Positions 8,702 through 19,054 are shown, counted from the first letter of the stretch. The stretch: DNA of 64,000 nt from a virus (IMGVR_UViG_3300021197_001180:768-64767), one strand, 5' to 3'. Translations and numbers: made by a program. Notes: generated from the letters alone by a model not told the origin.

Positions 8702-9319
8702 TTATGCTGCGTCTGCCACTGGTAATACCATTGATTCACGGATATCAGTTAAAGACATAGTAATATTTTCATCTTCAATTAATGCAACCATAATTTCTTG
8801 CATCGTGAATGCCCCCTTTTCTTCGTCCATAGCATTTTTAAGTGCTTGGATAGCATTCTTCATGAAGTCAGGTGCTTGTGCTTCAATCTTTATGTCGTCC
8901 GACCAAGTCCAAAGGTCATTTGCTGACTCAGCTAACCACGCTTGAACTGTAGGTAATAGACGTTCGTATTTAGCTTTCGACTTCTTATTAAAAACTAAAG
9001 GTGTGCGAGTGCCAGTACCTTTTACAGCATATTCTTGTACTTCCTTTTCAAAGTTACTAGTGAAAGCAACAAAGTTATTGAAGTATTGAACCGCTGTACG
9101 CCAGTTGATTGGAGTTAAACGAAACTTACCTTGATCGTCAGTACCCAATAAGGTATTGATAGGTTCAACGTCACCATGTTGAAATACATGTGCTAATAGT
9201 TCACGAGATAAGGTTCTTAAACCTGCTTTAGTGATCTTCTCAGCAGCGGTAACGTCTGAGATAAGTTGATTTAATTCAGTTAAAGTTAAGGTTGCAGTTA
9301 TGTTATTTGTGTTTGACAT
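8702..9319 (-). CDS. First early gene, hypothetical 205 aa (candidate host-takeover protein)
   Basis: First long ORF after early promoters; function inferred from position only. Confidence 0.75.
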   Translation of the reverse strand: MSNTNNITATLTLTELNQLISDVTAAEKITKAGLRTLSRELLAHVFQHGDVEPINTLLGTDDQGKFRLTPINWRTAVQYFNNFVAFTSNFEKEVQEYAVKGTGTRTPLVFNKKSKAKYERLLPTVQAWLAESANDLWTWSDDIKIEAQAPDFMKNAIQALKNAMDEEKGAFTMQEIMVALIEDENITMSLTDIRESMVLPVADAA

Positions 9320-9648
9320 AATATTATACTCTTATAAGTTAAATTGATAGGTTTGTAAGCCTACTAGGATTAATAGACTTAGTGAACCTATCAAACCCCT
9401 AAGCCCCTAAAGAACACAAGGAACTTAAGAGGTCTTAAGGGCTGATAGTTTCACCGTAACCCATAAGGGCTACGATTAACAAAATATCAACTATATTGCT
9501 AGTTATTCAAAAGGTATCTAGCTGACTTGTTAACAATTAACACTAGGAATTAATCCAAGTGGCTAAAGTTAGCTTTTGAATAGCCGTTGATTGTTAGTGT
9601 AAATCCCTAATATGGGCACTATTAAACAACACGCAATAAATGATAGAA

Positions 9649-9662
9649 TTGTTAAAGAACAA
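9649..9662 (-). promoter_or_regulatory. boxA antitermination element
   Basis: TTGTTCTTTAACAA matches rrn/lambda boxA (TGCTCTTTAACA); weaker copy near 9849-9862. Confidence 0.6.
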
Positions 9663-9897
9663 AGTTAGTGTAAGTAAGAACTGTAAAAGCGGTGTACCCC
9701 ATTATCAAGACCACAATAAGACGTAATACTACTGTATAAATCCACACTGTTTACCTAGTAAACTGGAAGTGGTACAAGTAATGTACAATCATAATGTGCT
9801 AACGTGTCTAGGTTAATATACCCGTCTAAGTTGCTACAAATCACCAAGCTTTTAAAGAATCAAAAGGTTAATCGCATTCGCTAACCTTGTACCCTGA

Positions 9898-9925
9898 AGT
9901 TTAACAGGTTGGTTGGTGGTGTCAA
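9898..9925 (-). promoter_or_regulatory. Early sigma70 promoter P2
   Basis: TTGACA-16-TAAACT with TGn extended -10 and AT-rich upstream element. Confidence 0.65.
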
Positions 9926-10185
9926 GCCCTAAATGAAATAAACTTCAATTAAGTTTTGAAACACCCCTTAGAACCTTGAGAACATTAGGGAACCCGTAGC
10001 CCCTAAAGGCTCCAGTGCTATTGACATTTTAAGGTGATTTAATAGCTAAATATCACCAGTTTAATATTTATAGTCGCGGCTTATATCGACTAGCCTCTTT
10101 ACACCTAGAGCCACCTATTCGTTTAGGCTTTGTTAAACCAGTTATCCGTCTGGTAGTTAGCCTGAGTGCTGCTCAACTGGTGCCC

Positions 10186-10213
10186 ATTCTACGGACTTCC
10201 TAAGTAGAGTCAA
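10186..10213 (-). promoter_or_regulatory. Early sigma70 promoter P1
   Basis: TTGACT-16-TAGAAT with AT-rich upstream element. Confidence 0.6.
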
Positions 10214-10319
10214 CCACTAAATGTAATTAATTCACTAATAACCGCCTACAATGTGACTGTAGCCCTTATAGCCTATGACTTAGAGCAATATTAAATAAAT
10301 CTATAAACACTTAAGAACC

Positions 10320-10776
10320 TTATAACCTAGTAGCTCTGTTAGCCTCTGTAAGTCCTGTTATGCCTGTTAGCTCTGTTAGTAGCTGTATCTCTAAGGTAGA
10401 GGCTTGTAGATAGCTGTTAGTCTCTGTTAGTTCTTTAGGTTCTGTAGGGGCTTTAGGGGGACTTTAGGGGACTGTAGGAGCTTTGGGGCTAGTAAATGCC
10501 CCTAAAACCCTTAATCCCTGTAGATCTGTTAGCCCTAATAGCCTTTTAGACCTCTAAACCCCTAGATATCTAGCAATATACCCCTGTAAACCTCTAGATC
10601 TATGGATATCTAGCGGTATAGCCTTCTAGAACTTGTGGAACTGCGGGCATTTAGACGTCTAGGTCTGTAGATCTGTAGAGGGGTAGAGGTCTTTAGGGGC
10701 TTAGGGACGGTAGGGGTGCCCAAGTGGTTTAGCAGTGACCTATAAATTTTGTAGGAATTCAAAGGACCCCACAGCC
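10320..10776. repeat. Degenerate short-repeat zone; probable terminal repeat / genome-end junction
   Basis: Many CTCTGTTAG, CTTTAGGGG and CCCCTA motifs, no ORFs, between divergent promoters. Confidence 0.5.
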
Positions 10777-10834
10777 CCTAAGGTATCCTAAGGTATCCTA
10801 AGGTATCCTAAGGTATCCTAAGGTATCCTAAGGT
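10777..10834. repeat. Tandem repeat (CCTAAGGTAT)x5 plus partial copy
   Basis: Directly visible; resembles T7 CCTAAAG short repeats near the termini. Confidence 0.9.
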
Positions 10835-10871
10835 TCCTAAAGTTCTTTAGGCCCTCAAGATCAGAAAGTCC

Positions 10872-10900
10872 TTGACATATCCCTTAAGATGTGTTATAAT
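10872..10900 (+). promoter_or_regulatory. Sigma70 promoter of the sigma-factor gene / late arm
   Basis: TTGACA-17-TATAAT, extended -10. Confidence 0.85.
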
Positions 10901-10930
10901 ACTACTAGTATTAATAGAATAGGAGGTGAC

Positions 10931-11515
10931 ATGAAGACTAGCTATAAGTTTAAAGATGACCAGGAGCTCTTAGGGTTTATCCTAAGTGAAGTAAAGAAGT
11001 ATACAGGATGCTATTATGAGCATAAGGTACTCTATAGTTATAATAGATTAACAGTGGAAGAGTTAGCCCAGGAAGTATTCCTTAAGATCCTAAGGTCTGT
11101 CAATAGTAGAGAGCTCAATAAGTCCTATGTGAGACAAGCAGTAGTCTTTGTGTGTATTGATGAATACCGTAGGTATAGACTTAATGACATGCCTACAACT
11201 AAACAGGGACTAGGTAGTGAAGAATTTGATGTAAACTTCCAGGAGAACCTTGAGACCCCACAGGCCTATGAGTTTGAGTTAACTGAAAGACTAATGAACC
11301 TAAAGATGTTTGAAGCTAAGGAACTTGAAGTAGTTATGTTACTGATAGAAGGCAAGAGGAACCCTGAGGTCCGTAAGGAACTCAATATCCCTAAGATGAC
11401 TTACTACACATTGCTTAAAAGGTTAAGAAGGAAATACATTGAGGCTATGGATCTTGAGATCTCTGAGTCAGAACAGGCCTTAGGAACCCTACTAAATTCC
11501 TTTAATAACCAGTAA
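10931..11515 (+). CDS. ECF-like RNA polymerase sigma factor (probable late sigma)
   Basis: EELAQEVFLKIL (region 2), C-terminal HTH (region 4); AGGAGGTG SD before ATG 10931. Confidence 0.8.
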   Translation: MKTSYKFKDDQELLGFILSEVKKYTGCYYEHKVLYSYNRLTVEELAQEVFLKILRSVNSRELNKSYVRQAVVFVCIDEYRRYRLNDMPTTKQGLGSEEFDVNFQENLETPQAYEFELTERLMNLKMFEAKELEVVMLLIEGKRNPEVRKELNIPKMTYYTLLKRLRRKYIEAMDLEISESEQALGTLLNSFNNQ

Positions 11516-11714
11516 CTTGTAAATTAATTACTTTAAATCGGTACTAGAGCCTAAATTATTTCGTTAGTGTTCCCTGTAAGAACTAACAACTCACATACAT
11601 TACTTGTAACTAACTACTGAAAACTACTAGGAAGGAACAAGTAAGTAACAACTTAAAGAGTATTAAAGAACCTAGTAAACTAGAACTTAAAGATACTTAA
11701 AGTAAGGAGAGCAA

Positions 11715-12116
11715 ATGACTAAAGAAGAAGTTAAAGAAAGAGACCTGTTATTCTGTGAACTCCTGTTCGAGACAGGCTCTGTTATCCAGGCCTCTAAAGA
11801 ACTAGGTATCCCAGTAAGAACAGGCCGTAAGATCCAGAAGAGAAACCAAGACTACCTGTTAGAAATGACTGATGCTGAATTAGCAGCAATGTCCTATGAA
11901 GCTATCAATACTCTTAGAGGTTCATTGTCTGAGGACGGTGAGATCCCTAAAGCTGAGGTTCGCTTAAAGGCAGCAACAGAAGTACTTGATAGAATTGGTG
12001 CAAGCAAAAGGAATGCACAGGAAGAGTTACAAACAGTAGCAACCCCTATAATCCTAATGCCAGCCAAAGACCCTGTAGCCATTCCAGCTATTGCAATATC
12101 AACAGAAGAGGAGTAA
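11715..12116 (+). CDS. terS: Terminase small subunit
   Basis: N-terminal HTH, RLKAATEVLDRIG motif, IILMPAK tail; precedes terL. Confidence 0.8.
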   Translation: MTKEEVKERDLLFCELLFETGSVIQASKELGIPVRTGRKIQKRNQDYLLEMTDAELAAMSYEAINTLRGSLSEDGEIPKAEVRLKAATEVLDRIGASKRNAQEELQTVATPIILMPAKDPVAIPAIAISTEEE

Positions 12117-12120
12117 CCTT

Positions 12121-14127
12121 ATTAATATACTAGGGATTGATTTAGATATCAGTCCCTTTACTTTATCTGAGTGGGAATCCCTTAGCCCTAAAGAACCTTT
12201 ATCTCAACGGATAACAGAGTTCTTTGAAGCTAAGCGATACTTTAGCCATCAGATACCAATTGGATATCAACGATGTCCATCAGACCCCTTATATGGGATA
12301 CCTGAACCTGAGACTTTATCTGTTATCTTGTCTGTCCTTGATAGACTTAGATTCCAAGAGACCCTTAGTATTTCAGATTCCTTAGCGGTCTTGAAGAGTA
12401 AAGGGATTAAGTTAAAGTCTACACAGGCTGTCCATAACATGATGGATAGAACAGAGGAAGCCATTGGTATCTTATTACCACTTCCAAAGACTATAGATCT
12501 TAAAGCCAAAGATAACAGGCAAAGACTTGAGTGGAGACGGAAACGTAGAGTAGCTAAGAGAGATAAAGCCAAGAAGGCTAAGTTAATAGAACAACGTAAT
12601 GAATTAGATAAACAGATAGGTAAGGAATCTAGACGTAGGCACAATGATGCTAAGACTGCTAAGATGACAATGAATGATATCTCAGAGTCTATTGAAGATA
12701 AGGTTAAAAGGCTTAAGGGAGACTCTGAGTCTAGTAGATTTGAGACTGATAGTAAACCTAAAGACTCCGTAGTCCTCTTCAAACCTACACCTAAACAAGC
12801 GGAGTTCCTAGCGGCTCCAGAGAAAGTAGTATTCTATGGTGGTGCTGCTGGTGGTGGTAAGTCCTTTGCATTAATCTTTGATGCTATTAGATATGCTCAC
12901 CGTCCTGCGATGAGAGCCTTGATACTACGACGACGTAACAGTGAGCTGAAAGAACTTATATCTGTAAGTCAACAGTTCTACCCTAAACTATTTCCAGGAG
13001 CTAAGTTCAATTCATCCAAGATGATATGGGCATTCCCTTCGGGAGCCACGTTAGAGTTTGGTTACTTTGAGAAAGAACAAGATAAGGAGAGATATATTGG
13101 ATTACCTTATAGCTATATTGCGTGGGATGAAATACAACTACAAAAGTCACCAGAAGGATTTGACTTCCTCTTCTCTAGACTTAGAACTACAGACCCACAT
13201 ATCACATGTTACGTCAGGTGCACTGGAAACCCTGGGGGTGCCCCGTGGGTCAAACAACGATTCATCGACCCAGCGCCATACAATACTACCTTTAGCCGCT
13301 ATTCGCCGGGCGAGGAAGATTCTGCCGTAACTTACAAGTTCATACCAGCAACCTTATTCGATAATCCTTACTTAACAGAGGACGGTGAGTACGAGAAGAC
13401 ACTTAAACAGATGCCTAAAGCTAAAGTACAACAACTATTGTATGGAGATTGGGACACTGTAGAGGATGGATTCTTTGGATTTGATAGAAGTATACACATT
13501 AGAGAGGATGAACCACCAATGCACTGGCCAATTATCTCAGCAATGGACTATGGCTGGGTAGATCCAGCCTCCTGTTTATGGGCAAAGGTAAATCCTATGG
13601 ATGGTTCCTTGTTTGTATACAGGGAATTAGAGATGGTACATGCTACTGTTGAGGATTGGGCCAAGAAGATGAGGGAAATGGAACAAGAAGAACAGTACGT
13701 AAGGGTACAAGATAGGGTAATTGACCACACATTGTTTAAAATGACTGGACATACAGGCCCCTCACACCTAGAAACCCTAAATCGTTGGGGATTCCAGACG
13801 AGACCAGCGGATAGACAGAGGGAACCAGGGTGGGAACAGGTGAATCAACGCTTATTACCTGGAGTTCTTGGAGAACCACAGCTATATGTGCATGAATCCT
13901 GTAGGAAACTGATAGATCAGTTAGTATCCGCACAATCTAAGCTTATAAACCCGAATGATATTGATGATACCCGTATGTTCTCCGTAGGTCGGAAGCATCA
14001 CTGGGATCTATTGGACTGTTTAAGATATCTATGCATGGCAAGACCTAAATCAGTTACACATGACAACCTATTACAAGCATCTAAGTCTAATGCTGCTTGG
14101 GATAAGTATAACAATTATTTTAGTTAA
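12121..14127 (+). CDS. terL: Terminase large subunit with N-terminal extension; proposed ATT start
   Basis: PTPKQ Q-motif, YGGAAGGGKS Walker A, WDE Walker B, TGNPGG, MDYG nuclease, D-x-x-D-C-L-R-Y; GAGGAG 7 nt before ATT 12121. Confidence 0.93.
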   Translation: MNILGIDLDISPFTLSEWESLSPKEPLSQRITEFFEAKRYFSHQIPIGYQRCPSDPLYGIPEPETLSVILSVLDRLRFQETLSISDSLAVLKSKGIKLKSTQAVHNMMDRTEEAIGILLPLPKTIDLKAKDNRQRLEWRRKRRVAKRDKAKKAKLIEQRNELDKQIGKESRRRHNDAKTAKMTMNDISESIEDKVKRLKGDSESSRFETDSKPKDSVVLFKPTPKQAEFLAAPEKVVFYGGAAGGGKSFALIFDAIRYAHRPAMRALILRRRNSELKELISVSQQFYPKLFPGAKFNSSKMIWAFPSGATLEFGYFEKEQDKERYIGLPYSYIAWDEIQLQKSPEGFDFLFSRLRTTDPHITCYVRCTGNPGGAPWVKQRFIDPAPYNTTFSRYSPGEEDSAVTYKFIPATLFDNPYLTEDGEYEKTLKQMPKAKVQQLLYGDWDTVEDGFFGFDRSIHIREDEPPMHWPIISAMDYGWVDPASCLWAKVNPMDGSLFVYRELEMVHATVEDWAKKMREMEQEEQYVRVQDRVIDHTLFKMTGHTGPSHLETLNRWGFQTRPADRQREPGWEQVNQRLLPGVLGEPQLYVHESCRKLIDQLVSAQSKLINPNDIDDTRMFSVGRKHHWDLLDCLRYLCMARPKSVTHDNLLQASKSNAAWDKYNNYFS

Positions 14128-14139
14128 AGGAGAATTAAC

Positions 14140-16206
14140 TTGGCCAAGAAGAAAGAACCAACAGAATTAGAGAAAGAACTAGTCCAGATGGAACATCCAC
14201 TAGTAGCTATGATTAAAGAGAAGTTTCAACAAGCTGATAGGGCTCGACGTCCTAAGGCAGACCAATGGCTTAAGAACCTCAGTGCTATCAGAGGGGAAGA
14301 TTCTCAAAGATCTATAAGACCAGAGTCTGAAGTAGCTGATATCTATGTAAGGACAACCACTACTAAGACTAAAGCTGCATATGCTCAGATCAATGAAGCT
14401 CTATTAAGTGGGGACAAGTTCCCTATTTCAGTAATGCCTACCCCAATGCCTGATGGTATTGCAGAGTTTGCACATCTTAAGACTGAAGAAGGTCCTCAGG
14501 AACCTCAAGCTCCTGAAGCTACCTCTGGTTTAGATGTAGGCTTCGAAGGGGATGGTATTGAAGTACCTCCTGGGGCAACCCAAGAGTCTTTAGGTAAGAT
14601 CATAGGATCTTCTTATTCTAAGGGATTAGAAGAGGAAATGTTCGAGGAAGGTAATGATGCTATAGGAGGTGGCGCTCAGATCTCCCCAGCGAAGCAAGCA
14701 GCCCGTAAGATGGAGAAGGTAATACATGACCAGCTTGCAGAATCTAAAGCCCGTATGGGGCTTCGTAGGGCCTTGTATGAACTATGTATGTTAGGCACAG
14801 GCGCAATGAAAGGACCCTTTACTGAAACTAAGAAGATGAATAGCTGGGAGGATGGTCAATATAAACCAGAGATCAAGGAATTCCCTGCGGTATCCTTTGT
14901 TTCTTTATGGGATATATATGTAGATCCTAACGCCTATAACTCTGAAGACATTGAATGGATTGTAGAACGTCACCGTATGAACTTCAATCAGATGTTTGAG
15001 TTAGGTAATCAACCTTTATTCGATAAGAATATGATAAACAAAGTAGTATCGATGGGTGGTAACTACCGTCAGGAATCTCATGAACATATCTTAAATGAAT
15101 ATAACAATGAGACAGAGGCTGAAGGAGATCTATTTGAAGTCCTAGAGTTCTGGGGATACATAACGAAAGAAGATGCTATTAAAGAATTTAAGTTAAAGTT
15201 ACCTGAAGGTTCTGGAGATACAGTTCAGATAAACGCTTGGATCTCAGGTGGTGAAATTCTTAGGTTAAACATTAATCCTTTCTTACCTTCAAGGATTCCT
15301 TACTTCCTATTCCCTTATGAAGAAGACCCTTATTCAATATATGGTACTGGTATCCCAGAGTTAATGGAAGACTTACAGTTCCTAATGAATGGTATGACAC
15401 GTCTAGCCGTAGAGAATGCTATGTTAGCAGGATCTGTTATGTTAGATGTAGATAAACAAGCCTTAGCTAATGAATCTGATATGAAGATCTACCCAGGTAA
15501 AGTATGGGAGAGACAGATGGGTGCTACTGGTAATGCAATCAATGCGATTGAAATTCCTTTTGTAGCTCATCAGAACATGCAGATGTTCACTCAGTTCAGA
15601 CAAATGGCGGATGAGGCTACAGGTATCCAGAGTATCCTGCATGGACAAACAGGTGTATCTGGGACTGGACGGACAGCTAGCGGGTTGTCAATGCTAATGG
15701 ATTCAGCATCAATGAGTATCAAGAATGTGATCAGGAATATAGATGACCACTTGTTAAAGCCTCTTGCGTCTAGTTACTTCCAATGGAATATGCAGTTCAA
15801 TACTGAGGATCATCCAGAGATTAAAGGTGACTTAGAGATAAGGGCATTAGGTAGTTTCAATCTGATATCGAAAGAACGTAAATCACAAAGTTTACAAACT
15901 TTCCTTCAGTTAAGTACTAATCCACAACTCGCCCCGTTGATCAGGTTGCCAACAATCATCAAGGATTTAGCAATCCAAATGGATATGAATCCAGAGGAAA
16001 TATTAAATAGTCCTGAGGAAGCTATGGTCTATGCACAGTTAATGGCTATGAACCAAGCAGCTCAAGAAGGTGGACAAGGTGGACAAGGTGGAGTATCAGG
16101 AAGTGTACCTTCCGCTGACTCACCAGCCCCAGGCCAGGATGGCTTTACAGGGAATCAAGCAGGAGCAGGAAATGAACAAGGAGTTCAAGCACCACCTGTA
16201 CAATAA
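14140..16206 (+). CDS. Portal protein
   Basis: 688 aa after terL; YGTGIPELM, PGKVW, RTASGLSML podovirus portal motifs; TTG start. Confidence 0.88.
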   Translation: MAKKKEPTELEKELVQMEHPLVAMIKEKFQQADRARRPKADQWLKNLSAIRGEDSQRSIRPESEVADIYVRTTTTKTKAAYAQINEALLSGDKFPISVMPTPMPDGIAEFAHLKTEEGPQEPQAPEATSGLDVGFEGDGIEVPPGATQESLGKIIGSSYSKGLEEEMFEEGNDAIGGGAQISPAKQAARKMEKVIHDQLAESKARMGLRRALYELCMLGTGAMKGPFTETKKMNSWEDGQYKPEIKEFPAVSFVSLWDIYVDPNAYNSEDIEWIVERHRMNFNQMFELGNQPLFDKNMINKVVSMGGNYRQESHEHILNEYNNETEAEGDLFEVLEFWGYITKEDAIKEFKLKLPEGSGDTVQINAWISGGEILRLNINPFLPSRIPYFLFPYEEDPYSIYGTGIPELMEDLQFLMNGMTRLAVENAMLAGSVMLDVDKQALANESDMKIYPGKVWERQMGATGNAINAIEIPFVAHQNMQMFTQFRQMADEATGIQSILHGQTGVSGTGRTASGLSMLMDSASMSIKNVIRNIDDHLLKPLASSYFQWNMQFNTEDHPEIKGDLEIRALGSFNLISKERKSQSLQTFLQLSTNPQLAPLIRLPTIIKDLAIQMDMNPEEILNSPEEAMVYAQLMAMNQAAQEGGQGGQGGVSGSVPSADSPAPGQDGFTGNQAGAGNEQGVQAPPVQ

Positions 16207-16213
16207 GACTTAA

Positions 16214-16229
16214 GGACCCTTCGGGGTCC
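16214..16229 (+). terminator. UUCG hairpin after portal
   Basis: GGACCC-TTCG-GGGTCC; no U-tract, so possibly a stabilising hairpin. Confidence 0.45.
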
Positions 16230-16247
16230 ATCTACTTAGGAGATTAT

Positions 16248-16451
16248 ATGTTTACACTTACCCCAGATATTATGAAGAAGTTACATACCTTACCCCCAGG
16301 GGAACGAGGCATGGAAATTGAAAGACTTAAATATGAGTATCAGGTAGCACTAAATCAAGTACATGAACCAATGAATGCAGTGGATATGTCAGTTCCACTT
16401 ATGGAAGTTAACAAGACACAAATTACTGAGACTGATTTCAGTAAGACATAG
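16248..16451 (+). CDS. Hypothetical protein
   Basis: AGGAG SD. Confidence 0.65.
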   Translation: MFTLTPDIMKKLHTLPPGERGMEIERLKYEYQVALNQVHEPMNAVDMSVPLMEVNKTQITETDFSKT

Positions 16452-16492
16452 TATAAACATTAACCATCCAATTATTTTAAAGCGGAGGAACA

Positions 16493-16714
16493 ATGGACAA
16501 GAACAAATTAATGGTAAGGCTTATGCCTTTAGTTACAGATTTAAAGTGGGATCACTTAGAAGACTACCTCAATTATGAAAGAAATACACTAATAGAGACA
16601 CTTCTAAAGTCATCCGATATTAGAAATACAAATAGATTACAAGGTGAGATCTTATTCTTAGACAAGATTTTGAACTTACCAAACACAGTAAAGAAAGCAG
16701 CAACCTCATACTAA
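16493..16714 (+). CDS. Small conserved head-assembly-region protein
   Basis: RLQGE motif in the usual portal-scaffold position; GGAGG SD. Confidence 0.7.
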   Translation: MDKNKLMVRLMPLVTDLKWDHLEDYLNYERNTLIETLLKSSDIRNTNRLQGEILFLDKILNLPNTVKKAATSY

Positions 16715-16741
16715 TGAGACTGCAAAAGGAGAACCTATAAT

Positions 16742-17440
16742 ATGAGTACATTTGAAAACGTTGACCCTTCACAGGAAGTAATTAACCCAGAAGCACATCA
16801 ACAAACAGAGCCAGTAGTAGACTGGGAGAAACGATACAAAGACTTACAATCTTATGCTGATAAGAACCGAGTCGGATTAGAAGCAGAGAACCAACGTTTA
16901 CGGAAGGCAACCACAGTGTTCACCCCTCCTAAGACACCTGAAGAACTCGCAAGCTTTAGAACTGAGAACCCTGATTGGATGGGCGTAATAGAGACAGTAG
17001 CACATGATATTGCTTCAAACTCTATTCAAACCTTACAACAAGACGTTAACAAGGCTAAACAAACTGCGGCAGCTTCAGAGATAGTAGCAGCGCATCCAGA
17101 TGCAATGGCTATTTTAAGTTCTCCTGAGTTTGATCAATGGGCAAACGACCAAGGTCCTGAGATTCAAGCATGGTTGAAGGATGAGTTTGATTCTTCTAAG
17201 GTTATTAGATCTATCAATTACTACAAGGCAATGAGCTCTCACGCTTCAAGTGTGCCTACGCAATACAATGAACCTTCAGCCGCTCAGGCTGTAAGTACCC
17301 ATGGTAGTGTTGTGACCCCGCAAACCCAAGAGTTACCTCGAAGGTTTACCCGAGAGCAAATTAACCGGATGCATCCAGATGAATATGAAGCAAACTTCGA
17401 GGCTATCAAAGCCTTTGCTCAATCTGGTGGATTCAATTAA
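16742..17440 (+). CDS. Capsid scaffolding protein
   Basis: WEKRYKDL motif, HPD, C-terminal capsid-binding helix; precedes capsid gene. Confidence 0.8.
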   Translation: MSTFENVDPSQEVINPEAHQQTEPVVDWEKRYKDLQSYADKNRVGLEAENQRLRKATTVFTPPKTPEELASFRTENPDWMGVIETVAHDIASNSIQTLQQDVNKAKQTAAASEIVAAHPDAMAILSSPEFDQWANDQGPEIQAWLKDEFDSSKVIRSINYYKAMSSHASSVPTQYNEPSAAQAVSTHGSVVTPQTQELPRRFTREQINRMHPDEYEANFEAIKAFAQSGGFN

Positions 17441-17465
17441 AGCACTACTAAAGGAGATATAACAC

Positions 17466-18542
17466 ATGGCAGGTTACACACCAGCAGGCGGAAATCCGTC
17501 AGGCGATAATTCAACTCAAGCTCATTACTACGGCACTAATACCTCAAACCTACGAGGTCCAGCAGGTGACGGTACGGATCAGGTATGGGTACCAGAGATA
17601 TTCTCAAAGAATGTCTTGATGCGTTTCAGACGTGACTCGGTAGTTGAAGGCGTCACAAACAACGATTACTTTGGTGAGATCTCAGCGTTTGGCGACACTG
17701 TTAAGATTATCAAAGAACCTACTATCACGATTGGTAACTACTCTCGTGGTGATACATTAACTTCTACTAGCTTCCAAGATACTGAGCACACCTTAGTACT
17801 TGACCAAGCACATCAGTTCCAATTCGAAGTTGATGACTTAGAAGACAAGCTAGCTCACGTTAACTGGGAACAGTTGGCATCAGGTGCAGCTACTTACAAC
17901 ATGAAGATGGCTTATGACTTGAACGTCCTTAAGTACTTCGAAGACCAGATGTTATCAATCCAGTTAGCTAATAAAGCTGTCGATGCAGACTTAGCTACTT
18001 TAAACAACGTGTTCTACAAAGTTGCCACTGCTGCTACAGCTGTTGCTGCTGATACAACTACTGCGGATATCAAGACTGAGTTACAGACTACCACTCCATG
18101 GCTAGTGAACAACACTGGTACTGGTACTAACGGTATTGAAGTTCTTACTCTCTTAAGTAAGCTTGGCTTGATCTTAGATAAACGTGATGTTCCTCAAGAA
18201 GGTCGTTATGTTGTAGTTGGTCCAGAGTTCATGGATTTACTTGCACAAGTTGATTCTAAACTTATCAACCAAGATTATCGTGGTGGTTCTTTAGAGCTAT
18301 CAAATGGTCTAGTATCAATGGCTAAGGTACGTGGTTTCGCAATCCATAGTACTAACAACGCTGAATCTGGTCTTATCATTGCTGGTCATATGAGTGCAAT
18401 TGCTACGGCAAACTCTATTATCAATACTGAGAAGTTCCGTTCACAAACTACTTTTGCTGACGTTGTACGTGGTCTACATGTATTTGGTCGTGCTTTAGTT
18501 CGTGAAGAAGCAGTTGTAGGTGCTTACGTAACTTACGCTTAG
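17466..18542 (+). CDS. Major capsid protein
   Basis: WVPEIFS, YFGEI..FGDTVKI, FADVVRGLHVFG motifs; followed by terminator. Confidence 0.9.
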   Translation: MAGYTPAGGNPSGDNSTQAHYYGTNTSNLRGPAGDGTDQVWVPEIFSKNVLMRFRRDSVVEGVTNNDYFGEISAFGDTVKIIKEPTITIGNYSRGDTLTSTSFQDTEHTLVLDQAHQFQFEVDDLEDKLAHVNWEQLASGAATYNMKMAYDLNVLKYFEDQMLSIQLANKAVDADLATLNNVFYKVATAATAVAADTTTADIKTELQTTTPWLVNNTGTGTNGIEVLTLLSKLGLILDKRDVPQEGRYVVVGPEFMDLLAQVDSKLINQDYRGGSLELSNGLVSMAKVRGFAIHSTNNAESGLIIAGHMSAIATANSIINTEKFRSQTTFADVVRGLHVFGRALVREEAVVGAYVTYA

Positions 18543-18611
18543 TCGTAATTAGATAGATTCCCCAAGGTCCCTTAAGTCCTTAAGGCTACTGAGGGTAGAA
18601 CTATCGACCTA

Positions 18612-18639
18612 AAGGGGATCTCTTCGGAGGTCCCTTTTG
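18612..18639 (+). terminator. Rho-independent terminator after capsid gene
   Basis: GGGGATCTC-TTCG-GAGGTCCC-TTTT. Confidence 0.8.
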
Positions 18640-18658
18640 TATATAAGGAGTTTAATTA

Positions 18659-19054
18659 ATGACAGCAAGAAACAATGCTAAGGTAGTTAAGGGTAGTATC
18701 CTATCGGCTAACTTTAAATCCTACGGGAGGCAGTATCAAACAGGAGTTAACTTAGTGACTATAGGTCGTACAGGTTTATCCTCTACTGCTATCCAGAATC
18801 TAGATGCTTCAACAGCTGTACAATTCTGGCACGGTTTGATACCTATAGATCCTCTAGACTCAGAGTCAGCTCTATTACCGTTAGACCCTACAGGCTGGGA
18901 TGGTACACAAACTAACCAAGCTATTAATACAATATCAAACTATGGAGAGAGAGTAGGTCCAGGTCAATACCTAGAACCTTTCGTTGCTCCAACTAATATA
19001 ATCTATTCATATGTATCTTCAGGTACAGTTAATGCACATGTTAAGGAGGGCTAA
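18659..19054 (+). CDS. Putative virion structural/decoration protein
   Basis: Beta-rich; follows capsid gene; SD present. Confidence 0.6.
   Translation: MTARNNAKVVKGSILSANFKSYGRQYQTGVNLVTIGRTGLSSTAIQNLDASTAVQFWHGLIPIDPLDSESALLPLDPTGWDGTQTNQAINTISNYGERVGPGQYLEPFVAPTNIIYSYVSSGTVNAHVKEG

Noticed and set aside
10777-10834. 10-bp tandem repeat as a CRISPR or mini-array
   Set aside because: No spacers; it is a simple head-to-tail repeat.
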